Made by a program: the position numbers and the translations under genes. Shown one piece after another: positions 1-8,749 of a stretch of 64,000 bases of DNA. The stretch is from an uncultured Bacteroidales bacterium. GTDB lineage: Bacteria > Bacteroidota > Bacteroidia > Bacteroidales > F082. Each line of letters begins with the position of its first letter. Within the stretch, counting starts at the first letter, position 1. The notes below the pieces were generated by a model. The model made no database searches and had not been told where the DNA came from. It was given only the letters and a program-made list of their open reading frames with translations. The stretch covers positions 78,818-142,817 of the forward strand of contig ONKA01000002.1 of assembly GCA_900318265.1 (NCBI GenBank). Reading direction: 5' to 3'.

Positions 1-1600
1 CACTATGATCTTCTCCCATTGACATATATGGCTTTTTGCCATCATTGTAAGAAATGAATTTACATTCTTTCCATTCCCTCATTGATTTCTGTGAAATACT
101 CATCATATCACAAAAATCAGAATAATCCATCTTATCTCTAAACCCTCCAGCCATATACCCGGCAAATACTTGGGCATGGTAGATTCCATAAGACATCACT
201 CCACCCATGCCAACGTTCAGCCAATTCACTTTATAACCATCGATAGTTGCGGCATTGAATAATTCAGATGTCAAAGAGCCTGTTATTCCTCCCAAGAAAG
301 CGCCTTTACCGCCATATATACCAATGTCGCCTCCAACATATCCTCCAGCCATACCGCTTAATCCACCTTTCCATAAGCCGTTTAACACATCAGCACCAAG
401 AGTTTTGCTATCTGTTGCTAAGCCTTGAATCAAACCATTGCCTGCTCCGCTTATCGCTCCGCCACACAACCCTCCGACTGCCGCAGTTGAAACGCTAGAT
501 ACATAGGTGCCTATTCCTCCACTGATTGCGCCTACCGCTGCTCCGCCAACGGTCGACCACACCAAATCCCAGCCTTCCAACCCTGCCGCTCTACCAATAC
601 TGTATCCATTCCATGCGCCCAACAGCCCTCCAATCACATATTGTACCCATCCCCCATCAGGGTCGGTATACCTCAATGGGTTGTTCAAGCAATACGCATA
701 CCTATTGAAGCTCTGCGAGAAGTCGGGGCGCTGCACATAGTTGTCCACGGAGAGGAACGAACTCATCACAGGGTCGTACATTCTTCCGTTCATGTTGATC
801 AAGCCGAAGCTGAAAAGATGCTCATGACCTGTGAAGCCGCGGTCGTAGAGCAGCACGCCGTTGTATTGTCCGCTCCACGAGGCGGAGGCACGCAGGTTGC
901 CCCAGGCGTCGAAGCTCAACTCCTGAAGCACGGTGCCCTGATCGTCGGTGAGAGTCGTCCATGAGCCGAGGTGGTCCTTGTAGATATAACGCAGGGATTC
1001 GGTAGTGCCGTTACTCGTCACGGCAGCAAACACCCCCATGGGGCCGCTGATGAAGGTGTTCCACTGCGAATTGCCGTTTTGGGTAATCAGCTCGCAGTTG
1101 CCCACATACAGCTTCTCGTATGAGTTGCCATGGGCCATTTGGATGCGCTCGTGGTCGTAGCCGTATTGGTAGGCCACTTGGCCAACCAGGTTCTCGTTCT
1201 CGTCGTATTGGCTCAGCGTCTTCACCTTGTCGAACATCGTGTAGGCAATGTCCAACGACGGAGAGGCAAACGGGTTCCCGGCCATGGTTGCCGAGCTAAC
1301 GGCATGGGGCTTCAGGTTGCCGTGTTGGTCGTAGGTGTTGTATTGCGCACCGCTGAACACCGTCTGTCCATCGGCCTCTTTCGAAAGGATTCGTCCAAAA
1401 GCGTCATAGGCTATGTCGCTACTTACCGATCCGTTCAGGGTGACGGTCGTCAAGCGATTCAGGTAGTCGTATGTGAAGGTCTCGGTGATTGGCATGGCGA
1501 ATTTGTCTTCCGTTCGTGCGGCTAAATTACCAAAAATATCGTAACTGTAGCCAAAATTCTGAATAGTGTTTCCATTTTTACTGGCTTGCATTTTTCTCAT
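1..1600 (-). CDS. RHS repeat-associated core domain protein; short form cut at its 3' end by the window edge, with a Gly-zipper-rich variable C-terminal (polymorphic toxin) region
   Basis: Reverse-strand ORF is open from ATG 1598-1600 to position 1. It is missing from the ORF track because it has no stop in the window. My translation starts MRKMQASKNGNTIQNFGYSYDIFGNL.. and shows YD repeats. The RHS core end reads ..RYIYKDHLGSWTTLTDDQG..FDAWGN..GFTGHEHL..GLINMNGRMYDPVMSSFLSVD..NRYAYCLNNPLRYTDPDG, with DPDG at 653-664. A GxxxG-rich tail follows (..GGAAVGAISGGIG..GGLCGGAISGAGNG..). Confidence 0.85.
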   Translation of the reverse strand, partial: MRKMQASKNGNTIQNFGYSYDIFGNLAARTEDKFAMPITETFTYDYLNRLTTVTLNGSVSSDIAYDAFGRILSKEADGQTVFSGAQYNTYDQHGNLKPHAVSSATMAGNPFASPSLDIAYTMFDKVKTLSQYDENENLVGQVAYQYGYDHERIQMAHGNSYEKLYVGNCELITQNGNSQWNTFISGPMGVFAAVTSNGTTESLRYIYKDHLGSWTTLTDDQGTVLQELSFDAWGNLRASASWSGQYNGVLLYDRGFTGHEHLFSFGLINMNGRMYDPVMSSFLSVDNYVQRPDFSQSFNRYAYCLNNPLRYTDPDGGWVQYVIGGLLGAWNGYSIGRAAGLEGWDLVWSTVGGAAVGAISGGIGTYVSSVSTAAVGGLCGGAISGAGNGLIQGLATDSKTLGADVLNGLWKGGLSGMAGGYVGGDIGIYGGKGAFLGGITGSLTSELFNAATIDGYKVNWLNVGMGGVMSYGIYHAQVFAGYMAGGFRDKMDYSDFCDMMSISQKSMREWKECKFISYNDGKKPYMSMGEDHS

Positions 1601-1610
1601 TATACTATGC

Positions 1611-2060
1611 TTATTCTTTTATTACTTTCCAAATATGTTTTCTGTCTCCTCCAATCAGTTGGAACATATATATCCCGGGAGACAAAACCGACATATCGAA
1701 AGATTCGGTGTCGCTGTTTAACACCTTCTCATACAAGACAACTCCAGAAACCGTAGTGACCTTGAAGAATAATGAAAGTTCTTCGGGCTTGTTCTGTATG
1801 GTTAAAGTCAACTTGTCCTTCGCTGGATTTGGGTAAAGGCTCACCCGCATGTCGCCATGGAAATCAAGGATGGTTGATGTCGTCTTGGTGGGTTCTTCTT
1901 GCCGGACTTTCCCTCCTTGTTTTGACGCGTATGACTGTGATGTCCGGTTCCCGTTGTCATCATAGCCAAAAGACACTGTCCCAGTTTGTTGGGCTTGGCA
2001 ATGCAAACTTATGCCAAGCAAAGCGATGATGATTGCTGATATTTTATGTATTCTTTTCAT
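1611..2060 (-). CDS. small secreted T9SS cargo: signal peptide, one YD repeat, T9SS type-A C-terminal sorting domain
   Basis: Lies in track ORF 1611..2210. I take the start at ATG 2058-2060, which gives signal peptide MKRIHKISAIIIALLGISLHCQA/QQ. The ~50-aa passenger contains VSFGYDDNGNRTSQSY. The last ~80 aa (..VSLYPNPAKDKLTL..LSPGIYMFQLIGG..) match the T9SS CTD pattern. Confidence 0.75.
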   Translation of the reverse strand: MKRIHKISAIIIALLGISLHCQAQQTGTVSFGYDDNGNRTSQSYASKQGGKVRQEEPTKTTSTILDFHGDMRVSLYPNPAKDKLTLTIQNKPEELSLFFKVTTVSGVVLYEKVLNSDTESFDMSVLSPGIYMFQLIGGDRKHIWKVIKE

Positions 2061-2319
2061 GGTGTTTTTATTTAAATTATTGGTTTTGTGTTGTTTCGTA
2101 GAAATCTCTATTTTTGCCACGCAAAAACGGGTATAAAGACACGCCAAGGGCGTAAGCCCTACGCGTTCAGGTTTTCTCGTTTTGCTTCGGGTGCTTGTGA
2201 GATAAGGCAATCTTCCACAAAAGCAGTGTCTCCAAGCACCTTATTTTATTTATAGCCCCTCTATGGAGGTTTCACCTGATGAATTTGTTCTTCCCTTTCA
2301 TGGCATATAGGTTTTCTCA

Positions 2320-2709
2320 TTAATCCGATACCGTAAACTCACCAGCATACACGTCCCCGTTGGAGAGCGTAAAGGTGACAATGTAATTCCCCGCATTTGT
2401 GATGTAAATCTGCAAGCCATTCGGGGTAAGTACAGAAGTATATTCGACCGTGGCGCCACCAGTGGTGGCAACCTCAATAGAGACTTGCCCAAGATTTTCA
2501 CTGAATGACACAGTAAGCACGTGTCCATTAATAAAAGGAATAATCGTACTGCTTTTGTCTAAACTACTTACACCGGTACTTTGTGTTAATTCTATAGACA
2601 CAGGACGTCCATCTTTCTCAATTCCTTTTCCAATTGCATTATTGGCATAGCAGAACGCTCCCGAAAGGATAAAGCAGAGCATCAGAATCATTTCTTTAAA
2701 TTTGAACAT
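2320..2709 (-). CDS. DUF3244-like small secreted beta-sandwich protein
   Basis: 129-aa ORF with signal peptide MFKFKEMILMLCFILSGAFCYA. The beta-rich pattern ..VLTVSFSENLGQVSIEVATTGGATVEY..GNYIVTFTLSNGDVYAGEFTV resembles Bacteroidetes DUF3244 proteins; this is recognised from memory, not searched. It has its own -7 box at 2769-2776. Confidence 0.65.
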   Translation of the reverse strand: MFKFKEMILMLCFILSGAFCYANNAIGKGIEKDGRPVSIELTQSTGVSSLDKSSTIIPFINGHVLTVSFSENLGQVSIEVATTGGATVEYTSVLTPNGLQIYITNAGNYIVTFTLSNGDVYAGEFTVSD

Positions 2710-2768
2710 GGCATTTTTAATTTTTTGAAGTTAATAGTGTTGATAATATCTGCTTAAGCTTTCGCCAG

Positions 2769-2776
2769 CAAAAGTA
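2769..2776 (-). promoter_or_regulatory. Bacteroidetes -7 box TACTTTTG (DUF3244-like gene)
   Basis: Plus strand reads CAAAAGTA. It lies ~60 nt upstream of ATG 2709. Confidence 0.55.
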
Positions 2777-2869
2777 GGTTATTGCATGATTGACGGTTCG
2801 CTACTTTGCTGGAGTAATTCTGGAAATAATCTGCATGGAGTTGTAAGACTTGATAATCAACAATTTACA

Positions 2870-2912
2870 AAATAAATAAAGGAGGAAACTACCAATTTCC
2901 TCCAGCTTTTTT
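2870..2912. terminator. bidirectional intrinsic terminator-like hairpin
   Basis: GGAGGAAA-ctaccaa-TTTCCTCC (2881-2903), flanked by an A/T run on one side and TTTTTT on the other. It lies just downstream of the TPR regulator stop on the minus strand. Confidence 0.65.
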
Positions 2913-2949
2913 CATCACTACTCTAAAATTATGTCCAAAGAAAAGGAAA

Positions 2950-5265
2950 TCAATCTATCACTTCCCAATGCCCGCCCTTGTCAGGCCCAACACGGCGTAT
3001 AACACCATCTTCCTGTAACCTATTGGTGATGTTTACAATAGACCGTCTCGTGATGCCAATAATCTCTGCCATTTCAGCGGTGGTTATTTCTGGCCTCTCC
3101 TTAATCAAATTCACAATTTTCTGTGAATTTTTCTGTGAACTTTTCTGTGAAGATCCTTGACTTCCATGCAGTAAATCCAGTTTCAATTCATTATGAGCAT
3201 GTCCGACAAGCCCTTCTGCCACCCTCATCACATACTTCGCCACGCTTTCTTCCACCCCAAGCTTTTCCTGAAGGCTCTCGTTTTGCTTCTTGATGGCCGA
3301 ATACGACACGTTCTTTAACACAGCAATCTCGCTTTCGTTGATTCCCAACAGGTGCAAATGGCATAACGCCAAATGCCCATGCTTCAATCCCGGGTATTGG
3401 CTCAGCAGCACATGGTCAAAACCATTATAATGCTTTTCCACAGCCTCTCTGAGTTGTTCGAAGTCTTCGTCCTTGAGGGCAATGCCAAGCTCGTATGCAT
3501 TTTCTCGGGTAGTGATGTTCTTGCCACTCAACTTGTTTCGTATGGATTGGCATATTGGCTCTTTCAGAAAGGCCATGCGTCGCAGCTTGGCCTCTTCGCG
3601 CTGTATGTTCAATGCTTCTTCTAATGCACGCACTTGCGCCACTCTTTCCATTAGGTTCTGTCTTAAGGCGTCTTGTTCCTTCTCGTATGCCAACCGCTCC
3701 GCCTCCAATTCCTCTTTATGCCGGGTCTTCGTCTTATCTATCTCCTTTTCCGACTGATCTTTCTGCACTCTTAATTCTTTCGAATGTCGTTCCTCTGCAT
3801 CCGCCATCCATTGCAGGTGTTTCTTTTCCGCCTCATCTAAGCGTTGTTTTGTCTCAGCTTTCAACTGTTCTAGCTCTTCCTCATATTTCTTCTCCATTTC
3901 TTCCAACGTCTTGTCGGCCTCAGCCTGCCATAGCCTCAGTTCCTTTTCGTGCTCTTGCTCTGCCTCTCCAAGCACCCTGTCCGCTTCTTCTTGCTGATTC
4001 TTCAGCAGTCTTCTGCTCCTCCATATCAACACGCAGATAATAATTAAAGCAACCGCAATAGCTATGGGGATAATAGTATTCATCACCCGCTTCTCGGCTG
4101 TTTTTTGTTCAGCTTTAGCCTGCTTCTCTAATTTTTGGTTCGAATAGTTCTTATATATATCCTCGAGTTTCGAGACCAAGGCCTTGTTTTCTCCCTCAGG
4201 TTTCTTATTGTTAGTCAGAAACCGCATATATGCATCGGATTGCCCCTTGTTCCCTATACTGTCATAAATGATGCGCAAATAACCTGCTGCTTGGGCTTGT
4301 AGCCCCGCTTCATTATCTTCAAACACAGGTTCCAAATAGAATAATGCAGAGTCGTAATTACCTTCGTAGAAAAAAACACCCCCAATAGTCAGATAGCGAT
4401 TTAACCGTTCTTTTTCAGTATCTGAACACTTAAGGACAAGATATAGTTCATCTAAAGATGATTCTGTTGTAGCACCAGATTTATAGTCACAAAGAGCCTT
4501 GCTTGAAACAATATCTCTAAATACTTGATTGTCTGTGTTTGATATATTTTCTAATGCTTGTTCATAATATTGTCTTGCTTTATCTATTTCATGCATTTTA
4601 TCGTATTGTTTTCCCAATTGATAAAGAATACTAGAAATACCTTCAGGAGAAGTTGGCTTGATCTTACAGAACATCAAAGCTTTTTCTCCACATTCAATGG
4701 CGGGATCCATCATAAACTGTTCTGAAAAGAGTTCCATAAGCCGGTTGTAGGTATAGGCCATGAATCGAGCCTTATGCTCCACCAATTCCTTTTCCTCAAA
4801 ATGGGCTTCCATCACGTCCAAGGTCTTTAAGTATTCCGCGCAGGCATTTACCACGTCACCCTGCTCGTAAAAGCCTACACCATTAATATAATGGCCGCGG
4901 GCGTCTAAAAATGCATGCCTTTTCTGTGCGTTCGCTCCATGCAAATCCACAATCGAATCGAAATACCCCACCGCCTTCAGCAGCTCCCCACGGTTGCTTT
5001 GCTTCCAATCGTTCTTATACAGCAATTCTGAGATAAGCAGTTGGCAGTAATGCCCGTTAAACGCATCGAGGCTGTCGGCTGCTGGGCTTATCGCAAACCT
5101 CTGCAACTGTGCCAAGGCACTGTCGGGTTGGCGCCACATTAGGCTGTCGATGGCAGACAATTCAAGGGACGGCCCTTCGACGGTCTCAGGGACCTTAACC
5201 GAGGGTGAGCAGGCAGCAAAGGCTATGCCCATCACTATTCCTATGACCAAACTCTTTGTTTTCAC
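2950..5265 (-). CDS. membrane-anchored regulator: lipoprotein-type signal, periplasmic TPR region, one TM helix, long cytoplasmic coiled coil, LuxR-like HTH region and C-terminal winged-helix
   Basis: 771-aa ORF with a GTG start at 5263-5265. Features in order: ..GIVMGIAFAAC lipobox-like signal, TPR-like helical repeats, TM helix IIPIAIAVALIIICVLIW, then ~190 aa of E/K/R/Q-rich sequence. The C-terminal part reads ..LLGINESEIAVLKNVSYSAIKKQNESL.. and ..TTAEMAEIIGITRRSIVNITNRLQEDGVIRRVG... GC is lower than in neighbouring core genes. Confidence 0.8.
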   Translation of the reverse strand: MKTKSLVIGIVMGIAFAACSPSVKVPETVEGPSLELSAIDSLMWRQPDSALAQLQRFAISPAADSLDAFNGHYCQLLISELLYKNDWKQSNRGELLKAVGYFDSIVDLHGANAQKRHAFLDARGHYINGVGFYEQGDVVNACAEYLKTLDVMEAHFEEKELVEHKARFMAYTYNRLMELFSEQFMMDPAIECGEKALMFCKIKPTSPEGISSILYQLGKQYDKMHEIDKARQYYEQALENISNTDNQVFRDIVSSKALCDYKSGATTESSLDELYLVLKCSDTEKERLNRYLTIGGVFFYEGNYDSALFYLEPVFEDNEAGLQAQAAGYLRIIYDSIGNKGQSDAYMRFLTNNKKPEGENKALVSKLEDIYKNYSNQKLEKQAKAEQKTAEKRVMNTIIPIAIAVALIIICVLIWRSRRLLKNQQEEADRVLGEAEQEHEKELRLWQAEADKTLEEMEKKYEEELEQLKAETKQRLDEAEKKHLQWMADAEERHSKELRVQKDQSEKEIDKTKTRHKEELEAERLAYEKEQDALRQNLMERVAQVRALEEALNIQREEAKLRRMAFLKEPICQSIRNKLSGKNITTRENAYELGIALKDEDFEQLREAVEKHYNGFDHVLLSQYPGLKHGHLALCHLHLLGINESEIAVLKNVSYSAIKKQNESLQEKLGVEESVAKYVMRVAEGLVGHAHNELKLDLLHGSQGSSQKSSQKNSQKIVNLIKERPEITTAEMAEIIGITRRSIVNITNRLQEDGVIRRVGPDKGGHWEVID
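3117..3152 (-). repeat. 12-nt tandem repeat x3 inside the TPR/HTH regulator gene
   Basis: TTTTCTGTGAA(T/C/G) three times on the plus strand. It encodes SSQK-SSQK-NSQK between the two HTH-like segments. Confidence 0.9.
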
Positions 5266-5296
5266 GCTTGCAAAGATAGAAAAAATCGATGTAATA

Positions 5297-5369
5297 CAAA
5301 AAGCACCGCCAAAGTTTGACGGTGCTGTTGCGCGGTATCGGCTGGTGGAGACGCGATTAATCGCGTCTC
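5297..5369 (-). terminator. two tandem hairpins after the large T9SS gene
   Basis: The first is the perfect 22-nt palindrome GAGACGCGATTAATCGCGTCTC (5348-5369). The second is AGCACCG..CGGTGCT (5302-5326), followed by a T-run on the minus strand. Confidence 0.65.
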
Positions 5370-5385
5370 TACAAACCCAGATGGT

Positions 5386-8331
5386 TTATTCAACGACGAA
5401 CTTGCCTACGGCATTCGTCGTCTCATTGCTCACACGGATGAAATACACCCCGCTCTGCAAGTCGCTCACATTGAGGCGCATCTCGTTGAGCCCGTTGATG
5501 ACGAAGTGCTTCACGGTCCTGCCGTTCATGTCGAGGACCATCACCTCGGTGCGGCCTTGCAGGTCGGCATTGAGGTTGAGCACGTTGTGGGTCGGGATGG
5601 GGTAGAGGCTGAGCATGGCCTTTCCGTATTCGTACACGTTCTCGGTGCCGGGACGGAAGGTCAGGGTCTCCGAAGGCACGGACTCTTGTCCCGCCTGGTC
5701 GACGGTGGTGACGTAGATGCTCACTTCCTCCTCGTCGTCAACTTCAAAGATCCATTGCGTGCCATAGACTTCCTCATGTTGGTCCGGATAGTCCACGAAA
5801 TAGAGGTTGAAGTGGTCGAAGTCGTTCATCTCGGGCATGTCCCATAAGATGGGCGTGTAGACGCCTTGCGCGTTCACCGCCTCGTCGATGCGGAGGTTGG
5901 TGGGTGGCTCGGGCACGGCATTCTCTACGTGGTAGTTCATCACACCGTAGTAGGTCGGAGCGAAGGTCTCGTTGTTCTCGGCGGGCCACTTGCCGAACAT
6001 GGTGGCCGTGGCGGCGTCGCGCACGAAGAGGTAGAGGCCGCTGCTGCCGTTGTCGGTGTTCAGCTTCCAGGTCTCGTCGTTGCCCAAGGGCAGGGCGAAC
6101 TCGATGGTCTCATAGCCTTGGCTCATGTCGCAGGCGATGATCTCCTCGGGCAGGTTGATGACGGTGCCCACGCCGCCGTTATCGTAGATGGGACGGTAGC
6201 GCACGGTGTTGGGTGTGCCGTAGTACATCCAGTAGTTGCCCTCGCTGTCGTCGCCTTGTGGTGGGTAGGTGCCGTCGTTGTTGTCGTCGATGTAGAGGGC
6301 CACGCCGTCGTTGTTGGTCCATTCGGTGTCCATGCGGTTCTCGGAGCAGACGTAGAGGTAGTTGTCATCCATCTTGAGGTGCAGGGTGACGCTGCCCATC
6401 TCGACGGGCAGGAGGTAGTTGCTCACCTCGACGCGGAAGGCGTCGTTCCATTCACCCTCGCTCATGATGCCGTCGATTGTGGGGGCGGCGCCGTCATAGA
6501 CGTCGATAGTGTGGGTGATGTAGGCCGTGGTGGCATAGCCGAGGCAGATGTTGGAGTAGGGTGTCTGCAACTCCTCGTCGAGTTGTGCCGTGACGGTATA
6601 ATAGTATTGTTGCGTCGGGATGGCGGTGTGATCCTCAAAGTAGCCTTCGCCGGTGCCGATGGTGGCCATAGGCTCGCCGAAAGGTGCATTAGGGGCGTTT
6701 TTGCGGTAGATATTGTAACCTAGGGCGGCCTCATCTTCGGTCCAGGTGAGTTCCACATAGTCGTAAGCGCCTTGCGAGGCATAGAGGTCGTTGATGGGCG
6801 TGCCAACAGCCTCCAATTCGAATTCGACAGAGGTTATCATGCCTTGGCTGATGCTGACTTCTTGGGTCTCGGGGAGGTAACCAGGGATGCTTGCCGTGAC
6901 GGTGTAGTCGCCTGCCGGGACGAAGCGGAAGGTGAAGGCACCGGTTTCATTGGTGGTCTCGAAGTAGTCCTCGAGTTCGTTAATGTTGATATTGACGCCG
7001 CCGTTGTTGGCGCTGGCGCCCAAGTGGACCATGCCATTCAGTGAGCCGATCTCGCCGGAATAGGTTTCGATGGCATAAGTGCGGCTGCCGCTGCCCATCT
7101 CACGGCAGTGGACGGCCTTGCCGGCCACGATGCATCGGCCACCCGTGGAGGATATGTCGATGTGTTCCATCGAGCCAGGGGTATTGAGCTCGGCGATGGG
7201 CACGTTGCTCTGTTTGCGGAAGAGGAAGAAGTCGGGCGTGGAGTGGTCGATGGGACCCCAGGTGATGAAGCCGATGGTGCTGCCGTCGTCGCTCATGGCG
7301 GCTTGGGTCACCTCGTCGCCGCAGCCCGTATAGGTCCAGATAGGTTCATTGGAGTAGTTGTTGAAGAGATAGCAGCAGCCGTCGTAGCCATAGCTGGTGT
7401 TGACGAAGTCGAGGGTGCCGATGGCGATGAGGCTGCCGTCGTCGGAGATGGCGTTGGCGCAGCCCCAGGTGGAGGTGGCGCCAGGGCCGGCAATGCTAGC
7501 GGTCCACACGCTTTCGTAGCGCTCGCCGTTCCAGTGGTAGAGATAGGCCATGCCGCTGAAGTCGGCGTAGGCAAGGTAGTCGCCGTTGGCACTCAAGGCG
7601 GGGTCTTGGCTGGGGGAGTTGTCGTAGTAGTACAAGTCGTCTTGCAGGATGTCGCCCGTCAGTGGGTCGATGACCCAGATCTGTTTGTAGCCTTGCGCGA
7701 AGGCGACCACGAGGCGGGCATTGTCTTTCGAGAGGCTGATGCCCACAGGGTTGACGGTGAGGTCGCCGATGAGCCACTCAGGGTCGCTCTTGTTGTTGGC
7801 AATGTTGTAGCAAGCAATGGCGTAGTAGCTGTCTTCGTAGCGGCCATAGGAGACGTAGATTTTTGTGCCTTCGGAGGTGAGCTTGAAATGGGAAACGGGG
7901 TAAGTGAAGGTTTCGTGGAAGACCTCCGTGCCTTCTAGATTAACCACATAGAGCTCGTTGTCGTCGGAATAGGCGATGGTGTTGCCCATTAGTGAGATGG
8001 CGGCACGTCCACCTGATGAGATGGGCTTCTCCCATTTCACGGCGCCTTGTGAGTCGAAGAGGCTGAGGCGTTTGTCGTTTAGGCCGTAATACACGAGGTA
8101 GTCGCCTGTGGCTTCGATGTAGAAGACGTCGTCGGGCGTGGCACCATTTTCGTATTTCTGCCAGAGGATGGTGGGTTCGTCGGTCATGGCCCTGTCGGCT
8201 GTTGGGTCGCTGACTCCGTACTCAACGACGGTACCCTTGTTGGGTATGGTCGTGGTCTTAACGGCGCGATGTTGGGCAAAGAGGTTGCCCATCGCTGCCA
8301 TGATGATGGTGATAAGTAAGGCTTTTTTCAT
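5386..8331 (-). CDS. large T9SS-secreted surface protein (beta-propeller-like repeats, CarboxypepD_reg-like, Fn3/CBM9-like segments, T9SS type-A CTD)
   Basis: 981-aa ORF with signal peptide MKKALLITIIMAAMGNLFA. It has repeated ..S.DGS.IA.G.. blades and the segment FTFRFVPAGDYTVTASIPGYLPETQEVSI. The C-terminus ..LSLYPIPTHNVLNL..LQSGVYFIRVSN.. is a T9SS CTD. The gene is GC-rich, which produces many shadow ORFs. Confidence 0.9.
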   Translation of the reverse strand: MKKALLITIIMAAMGNLFAQHRAVKTTTIPNKGTVVEYGVSDPTADRAMTDEPTILWQKYENGATPDDVFYIEATGDYLVYYGLNDKRLSLFDSQGAVKWEKPISSGGRAAISLMGNTIAYSDDNELYVVNLEGTEVFHETFTYPVSHFKLTSEGTKIYVSYGRYEDSYYAIACYNIANNKSDPEWLIGDLTVNPVGISLSKDNARLVVAFAQGYKQIWVIDPLTGDILQDDLYYYDNSPSQDPALSANGDYLAYADFSGMAYLYHWNGERYESVWTASIAGPGATSTWGCANAISDDGSLIAIGTLDFVNTSYGYDGCCYLFNNYSNEPIWTYTGCGDEVTQAAMSDDGSTIGFITWGPIDHSTPDFFLFRKQSNVPIAELNTPGSMEHIDISSTGGRCIVAGKAVHCREMGSGSRTYAIETYSGEIGSLNGMVHLGASANNGGVNININELEDYFETTNETGAFTFRFVPAGDYTVTASIPGYLPETQEVSISQGMITSVEFELEAVGTPINDLYASQGAYDYVELTWTEDEAALGYNIYRKNAPNAPFGEPMATIGTGEGYFEDHTAIPTQQYYYTVTAQLDEELQTPYSNICLGYATTAYITHTIDVYDGAAPTIDGIMSEGEWNDAFRVEVSNYLLPVEMGSVTLHLKMDDNYLYVCSENRMDTEWTNNDGVALYIDDNNDGTYPPQGDDSEGNYWMYYGTPNTVRYRPIYDNGGVGTVINLPEEIIACDMSQGYETIEFALPLGNDETWKLNTDNGSSGLYLFVRDAATATMFGKWPAENNETFAPTYYGVMNYHVENAVPEPPTNLRIDEAVNAQGVYTPILWDMPEMNDFDHFNLYFVDYPDQHEEVYGTQWIFEVDDEEEVSIYVTTVDQAGQESVPSETLTFRPGTENVYEYGKAMLSLYPIPTHNVLNLNADLQGRTEVMVLDMNGRTVKHFVINGLNEMRLNVSDLQSGVYFIRVSNETTNAVGKFVVE

Positions 8332-8438
8332 GTTGATTATTTTTAGTTGTAGTTATATGGCTGTAAAAGCTGGCTTCAAAATAACCCTGCAATATTACTT
8401 ATTTTTTCGCGTTTTATCAATGATAAGGCAAAAAATTG

Positions 8439-8446
8439 TACTTTTG
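8439..8446 (+). promoter_or_regulatory. -7 box TACTTTTG (lipoprotein / MauE-Trx pair)
   Basis: Matches TAnnTTTG, 14 nt before ATG 8460. Confidence 0.6.
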
Positions 8447-8459
8447 CGCTGAAAAATCG

Positions 8460-8747
8460 ATGAAGATGAAAAAGTTTGTGATCATTGCACTCGCCTTGGC
8501 GGTTTTAGTCTTGCCTTCGTGCAAAAAGACACGCTATTGTCGCTGCACCACCATCCAGAACGAGGAAGTTGTGAACCTGGGAGAGGAGTATTACACTATC
8601 GAGGACGGCTCTTCCTGCTCCGACAAGTCGAAGGAAATAGAAGGTTGGGGCCAGGTCATCTGCTACGAAGTGTCGGAATATGAGGTGACGGGTGAGAATC
8701 CCAGTTGGTGGGAGAACCTGATCAATAATTTCAAACCGAAACAATAG
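8460..8747 (+). CDS. small Cys-containing lipoprotein, function unknown
   Basis: ATG at 8460 lies 14 nt after the TACTTTTG box. The N-terminus MKMKKFVIIALALAVLVLPSC contains a lipobox. The mature part has 4 further Cys (YCRC, SSC, ICY). Confidence 0.7.
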   Translation: MKMKKFVIIALALAVLVLPSCKKTRYCRCTTIQNEEVVNLGEEYYTIEDGSSCSDKSKEIEGWGQVICYEVSEYEVTGENPSWWENLINNFKPKQ

Positions 8748-8749
8748 GT

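Noticed and set aside
268-1525. Several plus-strand ORFs of 60-131 aa (268..498, 507..740, 641..964, 1130..1525) with Pro/Leu/His/Val-rich translations.
   Set aside because: They are antisense shadow ORFs of the well-supported reverse-strand RHS gene. Their composition is low-complexity and they have no promoter or motif support.
5866-7938. Long plus-strand ORFs (5866..6723, 285 aa; 7108..7938, 276 aa) and several Thr/Ala/Pro/Arg-rich minus-strand out-of-frame ORFs inside 5386..8331.
   Set aside because: These are shadow ORFs typical of GC-rich coding DNA. Their translations are Val/Gly/Ala/His-rich with no domains. The 981-aa T9SS protein frame explains the region.
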